From assembly GCA_001604325.1 (NCBI GenBank), contig LVBF01000013.1, forward strand, positions 8,323 to 72,322: 64,000 nt of DNA, read 5' to 3'. This document shows positions 10,093 to 17,386 of this stretch, piece by piece. Each line of letters starts with the position of its first letter. Position 1 is the first letter of the stretch. Both the position numbers and the translations under genes were made by a program. Source of the stretch: Spirochaetales bacterium Spiro_04 (lineage in GTDB: Bacteria > Spirochaetota > Spirochaetia > Sphaerochaetales > Sphaerochaetaceae). Below the pieces are notes generated by a model. It saw nothing but the letters and a program-made list of their open reading frames with translations. It did no database searches and was not told the DNA's origin.

Positions 10093-12093
10093 ATGACAAG
10101 ATCCGAGTATTTCAACCGCAGGAGAATCTGTTTCATCGATGACCGGAATGCCATCGCCGGCTATGTTGCCCGGCAGGCAGAGGCGGACCTCAGGCACGTC
10201 GTTGAAGTCGCCGAGGGTGTGGTGGCCCAATCGTTCCTCTTCAACCTGAGGTGGGATATGGAACAGACGCAGGAGCCGGTGGTCTTCGATGGAGACATCG
10301 ACTGGCTCCACCAGCCGGGTGATGACAGCGAGTGGGTCTTTGCCTTCAACCGGATGCGCTATTGGATCTGCCTCGGCCAGGCGTATGCCCACAGCGGCGA
10401 TGAGCGCTACGCCCGCACCTTCGCCTCCCAACTGTGCCACTGGATACGAACCGTCAGGCGTGATGATCCCGCATGTGCCAAGGCGTGGCGGTCCATCGAG
10501 GCAGGGCTCAGGATGGAGTATTGGACGAAGGCGATGCAGTACTTCAGCGACAGCCCAGCCATCACCGATGAGGTGATGACATGCTACCTCACCTCCGTTG
10601 CTGACCACGCAGAGTTCCTCTCCTCGGTGTGGGGCAGCTACCATCTGATGAGCAACTGGGGGGTATTGGAGAACCACGGTCTCTTCTTGGCCTCGTTGGC
10701 CCTGGAGGACAGCGAACTGAGCCGACGGTATACAGCGGAGGCGTTGCGGCGCCTCGCCCTTGAGATCGATATCCAAGTCTACGACGACGGGATGCAGTGG
10801 GAGCAGTCCCCGATGTACCACAACGAGGTGACCCACTGTTATCTCGATGTGGTCCTGCTCTCCCATCGTCTTGGCCTGAAGTTGCCACCGATCATCGAAG
10901 AGAAGACCCACCTGATGTGTCGCGCCGCCCTCGTCTGGCAGAAAGAAGATGGCACTCAGCCGACGATGGGGGACAGCGACCGAATCGATCAGCGCGACAT
11001 CATCACCAAGGCGGCGTACATCTTCTCGGATCGTCAGCTGAAGGCGGCCGGATATGAGCATCTGGACTTCGATTCGGTCTGGGATCTCGGCTTTGAAGCC
11101 ATCGAGGCATACGATCGCCTGGCTCGCTCTGAGAAGCCGCAAGGTCTCTGTGTATTGGGTGAGAGTGGGAATGCATTCTATCATCACAACGGCTTGTATG
11201 TGCGTTTCCACTGCGGTACCCTCGGCGCAGGCCACGGTCACAGCGACAAGCTGCACCTCGACCTCTTCGCCAACGGCGAGGACATCCTCATCGATCCAGG
11301 GCGGTATACGTACGTGGATAAACCGGAGCGCTACGAGTTCAAGGACAGCACGGCCCACAACACCACCACCGTCGATAATCTGAACTTCACGATCTGTACA
11401 GACAGCTGGGAGTGCTCCAAGCTCTCCGCCCCCATCGGCTTCAAGGCGGTCGAGAAGCGGGCTCTTGTCGCCCTGCAGGGGAGCCACCAAGGCTATCTTG
11501 ACCGCAATGTCCTGCCGAGGCGGACCATCACGATCCTCAGCGAGCGCCTGATTCTTGTCAGCGATGTCTTCATTGCCCAAGGCGAACATAGCTATCAGAG
11601 CCACTGGCACTTCAACGACAGTGGAGCGGTGCACATCACCGACGGCAGAACGTACTTTTCCAGCGCCAAGAACAGTGTCGAGCTCCAATCAGTCTCTGCC
11701 CATCCGGTCAAACGCACCATCAAGGAGACGCGCCTGTCGAGACGGTACAACGAGGCGGTGGACAACAAGACCCTTGTCGTGGAGATGGAGACCAACGGCT
11801 TTGCCTCTCTGCACACATTGATCGCCATCAACACCCCCGATTCGTTCGAAGCCGCCACGATGGAGAAGATTCCCGTCTTCTCCAACTTCAAGCAGATACA
11901 ATTCAGCGATGACATGATCGAGGCAGTGAAGATACAACACAAAGGATCCGCCTTTCTGGTGGTGCTTGCCCATCAGGAGTGGGCCTCTCCCACCGACACC
12001 TTCAACGCAGACGGCTGCATCGGCTTCGGTTCCCTGGTGGTCTTCGACCGTGCCACGGGTGAGAAGGAAATCGGAACGCGACTGCTCTGTTGA
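10093..12093 (+). CDS. Heparinase II/III-family lyase (PL12 / heparinase III-like)
   Basis: WRSIEAGLR, SNWGVLEN, EQSPMYH, GHGHSDKLH, DPGRYTY, AHNT motifs; no signal peptide. Confidence 0.88.
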   Translation: MTRSEYFNRRRICFIDDRNAIAGYVARQAEADLRHVVEVAEGVVAQSFLFNLRWDMEQTQEPVVFDGDIDWLHQPGDDSEWVFAFNRMRYWICLGQAYAHSGDERYARTFASQLCHWIRTVRRDDPACAKAWRSIEAGLRMEYWTKAMQYFSDSPAITDEVMTCYLTSVADHAEFLSSVWGSYHLMSNWGVLENHGLFLASLALEDSELSRRYTAEALRRLALEIDIQVYDDGMQWEQSPMYHNEVTHCYLDVVLLSHRLGLKLPPIIEEKTHLMCRAALVWQKEDGTQPTMGDSDRIDQRDIITKAAYIFSDRQLKAAGYEHLDFDSVWDLGFEAIEAYDRLARSEKPQGLCVLGESGNAFYHHNGLYVRFHCGTLGAGHGHSDKLHLDLFANGEDILIDPGRYTYVDKPERYEFKDSTAHNTTTVDNLNFTICTDSWECSKLSAPIGFKAVEKRALVALQGSHQGYLDRNVLPRRTITILSERLILVSDVFIAQGEHSYQSHWHFNDSGAVHITDGRTYFSSAKNSVELQSVSAHPVKRTIKETRLSRRYNEAVDNKTLVVEMETNGFASLHTLIAINTPDSFEAATMEKIPVFSNFKQIQFSDDMIEAVKIQHKGSAFLVVLAHQEWASPTDTFNADGCIGFGSLVVFDRATGEKEIGTRLLC

Positions 12094-12099
12094 CTCCGC

Positions 12100-12535
12100 T
12101 GATGATGGCAGCGCTCCCCTTGGGTTGGAGTAATGCAGTGGCGAGGCAGATGAGCCTCCGCGTCCTGTCTGAAAGGGCCTGCTTTGCATCGGGACCCTTC
12201 TGCCTCCACATCAGGTGCACCTTCTCGGCAGGTGTCGGTTCGAGGATGAAGTCATCAAAAAATAGGGCGGCTATCCGTACGGCATTCTGCATCTCCTGAT
12301 ACGCCGGCTCAGCGGCAGGGTTGCCTCTCAATGAGAGCAGGAAGCTTGCGATGTGTGAGCCGTCAGATTGTAGGTGTGCCGTATCATTGGCATCCTGGAA
12401 GAGCTTCATCGGCACTAGGTGTGCGGTGTCATGGAAGTGATACATCTGCCAAGTCTTTATGGATTCGTACACAAGAGATGCGGTTGTACCGTTGCCGTTG
12501 TGCTCTTTCAAAAGACCGGGTGTGTGGCCATCGGG
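12100..12535 (-). pseudogene. Internal fragment of an ABC/AAA_21-type ATPase
   Basis: Frame reads WQMYHFHDT...DGSHIASFL...FFDDFILEP...WRQKG...LSDRTRRLICLATALLQP. No Walker A; stops before the expected Walker B (DEPE); signature LSDG appears as LSDR. Boundaries approximate. Confidence 0.65.
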
Positions 12536-12676
12536 AGAGTGGAGGGTCTGCCATGTGTCGTCTTGTGCCACGTGGAGGTGATGGATTGCAACTATGATCG
12601 GCAGAAGGCGAAAGCCATCCATGCCGTTGAGGAGGCGGTGGAGATTATCGGGAGGTTGAAGGCAGTGGATGAAACA

Positions 12677-12750
12677 TGGGCCCAGAAGGACTTGAACCTT
12701 CGACCCACAGATTATGAGTCTGCTGCTCTAACCAACTGAGCTATGGGCCC
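12677..12750 (-). tRNA. tRNA with CAT anticodon, probably tRNA-Ile2 (lysidine-modified); CCA not encoded
   Basis: GGGCCCATAGCTCAGTTGGTTAGAGCAGCAGACT-CAT-AATCTGTGGGTCGAAGGTTCAAGTCCTTCTGGGCCCA folds as a cloverleaf. Paired G1-C72 and no GGG/CCC anticodon stem argue against the initiator; it resembles ileX-type tRNAs. Confidence 0.93.
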
Positions 12751-12764
12751 TGGAAACAGGTAGT

Positions 12765-12793
12765 AATCTATCGGATATCACAGAGAATGTAAA
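12765..12793 (-). promoter_or_regulatory. Sigma70-type promoter of the tRNA
   Basis: TTTACA-17 nt-TAGATT, 14 nt upstream of the tRNA 5' end. Confidence 0.55.
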
Positions 12794-12821
12794 GAATAGG
12801 CGACGCCGTACGGTGGGAGGG

Positions 12822-13481
12822 TCAACGGTAGGGGTTCGCCTCGCTCTTCTTCAGTACGTCCTTCTCTGCGAAGCCGAGGGCGGTGAGGGCCTTCATCGTG
12901 CGCTCAAGCTGGTAGGCGGGGATCCAGCGTACGGTGAGGCGCACCGCTCCCGTTTCGGGAAGGACCTCGGCCCACGGCTTGAGGCCTGCGTTGTAGAGCC
13001 GTTCATACTGTGCGTAGGCGGTCAGGGTGGAAGAGAAGGCGCCGACCTGGATCTGGTACCACCCGGTGTCGCCGGCTCGGTCGTACTTCGATTCGGGGAT
13101 CTCGGGCTCGAAGAGCAGGGTCAGATCCACCGGGGCGATGCCGCTCCCCAGTATATCGATTTGGCTTGCTGCAGCGGGGGTGAGGTCGATGATCCTGCCG
13201 TCGATGTACGGGCCGCGGTCGTTGATCCTGACATCGACGCTGCGGTTGTTGGTCTTGTTCGTCACGCGTACGACCGTACCGAATTTCAAGCTCTTGTGGG
13301 CAGCGGCGAGGCTGTTCTCGTCAAAGCGTTCCCCATTGGCCGTGATGGCTTCGCTCTTTTCGCTGGTGTACCAGCTCGCGATGCCGCTCTCGATGACGGT
13401 TCCCGGCTGGAGGGCGGCATCTTGGGCGAGGAGGGGGAGACAGAGGAGGAGTACCAGGGTAAGTGTCTGCAGGCGTTTCAT
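12822..13481 (-). CDS. rlpA: Septal ring lytic transglycosylase RlpA family protein (DPBB + SPOR)
   Basis: Signal peptide; GIASWY, TANGE, AAHKSL, VRINDRGP, RIIDL; C-terminal YQIQVGAFS SPOR-like domain. Confidence 0.9.
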   Translation of the reverse strand: MKRLQTLTLVLLLCLPLLAQDAALQPGTVIESGIASWYTSEKSEAITANGERFDENSLAAAHKSLKFGTVVRVTNKTNNRSVDVRINDRGPYIDGRIIDLTPAAASQIDILGSGIAPVDLTLLFEPEIPESKYDRAGDTGWYQIQVGAFSSTLTAYAQYERLYNAGLKPWAEVLPETGAVRLTVRWIPAYQLERTMKALTALGFAEKDVLKKSEANPYR

Positions 13482-13487
13482 GCTATG

Positions 13488-13553
13488 AGTATACGCTCTC
13501 TCTCTTTGATTTGGCAACCGACAGTTGAAGAGAAGGTGAGCTTTCACTATAAT
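13488..13553. promoter_or_regulatory. Back-to-back sigma70 promoters for rlpA (-) and lysS (+)
   Basis: Minus strand: TTGCCA(13517-13512)-18-TATACT(13493-13488). Plus strand: TTGAAG(13525)-17-TATAAT(13548-13553). Confidence 0.7.
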
Positions 13554-13561
13554 CGACAGCC

Positions 13562-15136
13562 ATGAGTCAAGAGATTGTATCCACACACTGGGCAGATATC
13601 TATGCCGACAAGATCATCCGTGAGAAAGGGGAGAAGGAGCTGTACACCTGTGCAAGCGGCATCACCCCCTCCGGTACGGTCCATATCGGGAACTTCCGCG
13701 AGATCATCTCGGTGGAGCTCGTCGTGCGTGCCCTGCGCAGCAAGGGCAAGCAGGTTCGCTTCATCTACAGCTGGGATGACTACGATGTCTTTCGCAAGGT
13801 CCCCAAGAACATGCCCCAGCCAGAGCTGCTGGCCACCTTCCTGCGCAAGCCCATCACGCTGGTCCCCGATACCACCGGCCGGGCGGAGAACTACGCCCGC
13901 GCCAACGAACTTGATGTAGAGCGGATCCTGCCGACCGTCGGCATCGAGTGTGAGTACCTCTATCAAGCCGAGCGCTACCGCTCGGGCATGTACTGCGAGG
14001 GAATGCGCACCGCCTTGGAGAAGAAGGACGAGATCCGAGCCATCCTGGATGAGTTCCGCACCGAGGAGCTGGAGGACGATTGGTGGCCCATCTCCGTCTT
14101 CTCCTCCTTCACCGACAAGGATACGACCACGATCCTCGACTGGGACGGGGAGTGGGCCGTCACCTACCGTGATGATGAGACTGGACAAAGTGAGACCATC
14201 GACTTGCGGCATACCCCCTACGCCAAGCTTCCTTGGCGCCTTGACTGGCCGATGCGCTGGGCCTTCGAGGGCGTCGACTTCGAGCCCGCCGGCAAGGACC
14301 ACCACAGCGAAGGCGGATCCTTCGACACCTCGCGCAAGATGGTGCGTGTCTTCGGCGCCGAGGCTCCGGTCTCCTTCCAATACGACTTCATCTCCATCAA
14401 GGGGCGGGGTGGGAAGATCTCCTCCTCCAGTGGCGAGGTCATCTCGCTCCCTGATGTGTTGGAGGTCTATATCCCCGAGATCGTGCGCTTCCTCTTCGCC
14501 GGGACCCGCCCCAACAGCGAGTTCGCCATCTCCTTCGACCTCGATGTCCTGAAGATCTACGAGGACTATGACACCTGCGAGCGGATCTACTTCGGCCTGC
14601 AGGAGGTCAACGAGAAGCGCCGGGCGAAGGAGAAGCGGATCTACGAGCTGAGCCAGGTCGGGGAAATCCCCACCGAGGCGAGCTTCCAGATTCCGTTCCG
14701 CCACCTCTGCAACCTCCTCCAGCTCCACGAGGGGGACATCGAGCGGGCCATCGATACCCTCGGCGAGATGAGTGAGAGCCAGAGAGAGCGGCTCACCGTC
14801 CGCTCCCGCTGTGCCTGGAACTGGATCACCACCTTCAGCCCCGAGGATTTCCGCTACCGCTTGATGCGCGACGATGACCCGGTCATCGAGCTGAGCGAGC
14901 AGGAGAGGAAGGCCGTGCAGGACCTCGCCGCGCTTGTTGAGGTCATGGAAGAGATCGAGGAGGCGGAGTATACCACCCGCCTCTACGATGCGGCCAAGCT
15001 CAACGGCCTCGATACCGGCGACTTCTTCAAGCTCGTCTACCGCATCTTGATCGGCAAGGATCGCGGTCCGAAGCTCGGTCCCTTCCTCAAGACCTGTGGA
15101 CGAGAGAAGGTCCTGCCGATCCTGCAACGATATTGA
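13562..15136 (+). CDS. lysS: Lysine-tRNA ligase, class I
   Basis: HWAD, SGITPSGTVHIGNFRE, KLPWRLDWPMRW, EPAGKDH, KISSSSG, GPKLG. Confidence 0.96.
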   Translation: MSQEIVSTHWADIYADKIIREKGEKELYTCASGITPSGTVHIGNFREIISVELVVRALRSKGKQVRFIYSWDDYDVFRKVPKNMPQPELLATFLRKPITLVPDTTGRAENYARANELDVERILPTVGIECEYLYQAERYRSGMYCEGMRTALEKKDEIRAILDEFRTEELEDDWWPISVFSSFTDKDTTTILDWDGEWAVTYRDDETGQSETIDLRHTPYAKLPWRLDWPMRWAFEGVDFEPAGKDHHSEGGSFDTSRKMVRVFGAEAPVSFQYDFISIKGRGGKISSSSGEVISLPDVLEVYIPEIVRFLFAGTRPNSEFAISFDLDVLKIYEDYDTCERIYFGLQEVNEKRRAKEKRIYELSQVGEIPTEASFQIPFRHLCNLLQLHEGDIERAIDTLGEMSESQRERLTVRSRCAWNWITTFSPEDFRYRLMRDDDPVIELSEQERKAVQDLAALVEVMEEIEEAEYTTRLYDAAKLNGLDTGDFFKLVYRILIGKDRGPKLGPFLKTCGREKVLPILQRY

Positions 15137-15142
15137 CCATCG

Positions 15143-15163
15143 GGGAGCTTCGGCTCCCTTTTT
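15143..15163 (+). terminator. Intrinsic terminator after lysS
   Basis: GGGAGC-TTCG-GCTCCC-TTTTT. Confidence 0.8.
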
Positions 15164-15174
15164 CTGGAGGAATT

Positions 15175-15786
15175 ATGAACGTACTGTTAGTCAACACCAG
15201 TCCCCACAAACAGGGGTGCACCAACCGCGCCCTGGAAGAAGTGGCCGACACCTTGAAGAGCCTCGGCATCGAGAGCGAGATCCTGTGGATCGGGAACAAA
15301 GCACTGCATGGCTGCACCGACTGCCGCCACTGCTATGAGCATGGCGTTTGCGCCTTTGATGACGGAGCGGTCAACGTGGCGGGGGAGAAGATTATGGCGA
15401 GCGACGCCTTGGTCCTGGGCTCCCCGGTGCACTACGCCTCGATGTGCGGGGCGGGCAGCTCTTTTGCCGACCGCCTCTTCCGCACCTACGGCAAGCGTTT
15501 TGCCGGCAAGCCCGCCGCTGCGGTGGTGAGCTGCCGACGCGGAGGCGCCAGCGCGGCCTTCGACCGTATCAACAAGTATTTTACCATCAGCGGCATGCCG
15601 ATCGTATCCTCGACCTATTGGAATTCAGTTCATGGCAATACGCCGGAGGAAGTTGAGCAAGATCTTGAGGGGTTGCAGGTGATGCGCAACCTTGGGCGCA
15701 ACCTGGCGTGGATGCTCGAGCAATTGAAGAGTGGTCAGGCCATCGGTGAGCAGGAGCGCACCTACAAGACCAGCTACATCCGCTAA
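15175..15786 (+). CDS. Iron-sulfur flavoprotein / NADPH-dependent FMN reductase (flavodoxin-like)
   Basis: NTSPH, CTDCRHCYEHGVC (CX2CX2CX5C), LGSPVHY, RRGG; GGAGG RBS. Confidence 0.88.
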   Translation: MNVLLVNTSPHKQGCTNRALEEVADTLKSLGIESEILWIGNKALHGCTDCRHCYEHGVCAFDDGAVNVAGEKIMASDALVLGSPVHYASMCGAGSSFADRLFRTYGKRFAGKPAAAVVSCRRGGASAAFDRINKYFTISGMPIVSSTYWNSVHGNTPEEVEQDLEGLQVMRNLGRNLAWMLEQLKSGQAIGEQERTYKTSYIR

Positions 15787-16676
15787 CGGAGGATCTTGTC
15801 CAAGATAATTGGATTGGTCCGCCACTTGTCCTGCGCCTTGACCCTCAGGTCGAGGCGCAGTTTGCGTCCACTGAAGATCTGACGGATCTCCGGTTCGGCT
15901 TGGGCCCGGATCTTGGCGATGCCGGCTCCTCCCTTGCCGACGACGATGGCCTTCTGCGTCTCGCGTTCGACGGTGATGAAGGCGCGGATCCAGACGGTGT
16001 TGGTCTTCTCATCGTACTCGAGGTCGGCGACCTCGCTGAAGATGGCGTGGGGGATCTCCTCGCTGACCAGGTTCATCGCCTTTTCCCTCAGGATCTCGGC
16101 GATGCGGAACTCCACGTCCTGGTCGGTATAGGCGTCCTCGGGGTAGAGGAGGTCCCCATAGGGGGCGAATTTGAAGAGCTCGATGAGGATCTCATCGACC
16201 CCCTCATCTTTTTGGGCGGAGGCGAAGAGTGGGGGAGGGGTAGGAAAGTGCTCTGAGAGGAAGGCCGCTGATGCGGCCTTCTCCTCTTCGCTCGCGATAT
16301 CGGCCTTGTTGACGACCAGGACGACCGGGCTGTTGGTCTGTTTGACAAGGGCGGCGAGCTGCTCCTCCTCGGGCCCTGCCTCGCGCTTTGCATCGAGGAG
16401 GTAGAGGATCATGTCGCTCTCGCTCAGCGCTCTGATGGCGGTCTGCTGCAGACGCTTGTTGAGCATCTTTTCGCTGAGGTGGAAGCCCGGGGTATCGGTG
16501 AAGATCAACTGGCCGCGCGTGTCGGTATAGATGCCTCTGATGGCATTGCGTGTGGTCTGGGGGGTCCGGCTGGTGATGGCGACCTTCATCTCACAGATGG
16601 TGTTGAGGAGGGTCGACTTGCCGCTTGAGGGGCGGCCGACGATGGCGACGGTGCCGCATTTGGTTGTGTCATTCAT
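15783..16676 (-). CDS. era: GTPase Era
   Basis: GRPSSGKS, PQTTR, DTPG, NKAD, EEIPH, KH motif VGKGGAGI. Confidence 0.96.
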   Translation of the reverse strand: MNDTTKCGTVAIVGRPSSGKSTLLNTICEMKVAITSRTPQTTRNAIRGIYTDTRGQLIFTDTPGFHLSEKMLNKRLQQTAIRALSESDMILYLLDAKREAGPEEEQLAALVKQTNSPVVLVVNKADIASEEEKAASAAFLSEHFPTPPPLFASAQKDEGVDEILIELFKFAPYGDLLYPEDAYTDQDVEFRIAEILREKAMNLVSEEIPHAIFSEVADLEYDEKTNTVWIRAFITVERETQKAIVVGKGGAGIAKIRAQAEPEIRQIFSGRKLRLDLRVKAQDKWRTNPIILDKILR

Positions 16677-16799
16677 AGGCCTCAGTATAACGGGGCCTTT
16701 CTGGTGTGCCTACTCTCCTGCCTTTTGGTTTCTCTCACTTCCATCTTACGGCGCTATTGCGTATACTGGATGGGAGAATTCGATACAAAGGGGCCCATC

Positions 16800-17372
16800 A
16801 TGGCAGATGAAGAGAAGAAGCCGGCAGCAGCCGATGCACAGATACAAGAGAAACTGCTCAAGACCCGTTCGGTCCTCCTCAGCGGAGAGATCGACAAGGA
16901 GAGCGCCGACACCATCATCAAGCAACTCTTGGTGTTGGATGGGGAGAGCAGCGAGCCCATCAAGCTCTTCATCAACAGCCCCGGTGGCGATGTCGATGCT
17001 GGCTATGCCATCTATGATATGGTACGCTTCATCAAGGCCCCGGTGACGATGATCGGCATGGGCTTGGTGGCGAGCGCCGCCGTGTTGGTGCTCTTGGCGG
17101 TCCCATCTGAGCGCCGGATCGGCTTGCCCAACTCCACCTATCTGATCCACCAGCCGATGAGCGGCATGCGTGGGGTGGCCACGGCCATTGAGATCCACGC
17201 CCAGCATCTGGAGAAGCTGCGAACCAAGCTTGACCTGCTCATCTCCACCGAGACAGGCAAGAGCCTTGAGACGGTCGTCCTCGACACGGAGCGTGACCAC
17301 TGGCTCTCCGCCGACGAGGCACAGGCGTACGGCTTGGTCAGCAAGATCATCAGCACACGTGATGATTTGTAA
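16800..17372 (+). CDS. clpP: ATP-dependent Clp protease proteolytic subunit
   Basis: INSPGG, GLVASAA (Ser), IHQP (His), ERDHWL (Asp), EAQAYGLV. Confidence 0.95.
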   Translation: MADEEKKPAAADAQIQEKLLKTRSVLLSGEIDKESADTIIKQLLVLDGESSEPIKLFINSPGGDVDAGYAIYDMVRFIKAPVTMIGMGLVASAAVLVLLAVPSERRIGLPNSTYLIHQPMSGMRGVATAIEIHAQHLEKLRTKLDLLISTETGKSLETVVLDTERDHWLSADEAQAYGLVSKIISTRDDL

Positions 17373-17386
17373 CGTGTAGGGATTAT

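Noticed and set aside
9526-11688. 720-aa antisense ORF, and similar long ones at 2091-3434, 7821-9218, 13547-15127, 24862-26340, 38503-40107 and 45585-47135
   Set aside because: Each lies opposite a well-supported gene and has no recognisable motifs; strong G/C third-position bias removes antisense stop codons.
12002-12622. 206-aa ORF as an intact gene
   Set aside because: Only the middle resembles an ATPase, both Walker motifs are missing, and the tail overlaps the lyase; treated as a pseudogene fragment.
12677-12750. tRNA as initiator tRNA-fMet
   Set aside because: It has a paired 1-72 position and lacks the three consecutive G-C pairs in the anticodon stem. Elongator Met cannot be fully excluded.
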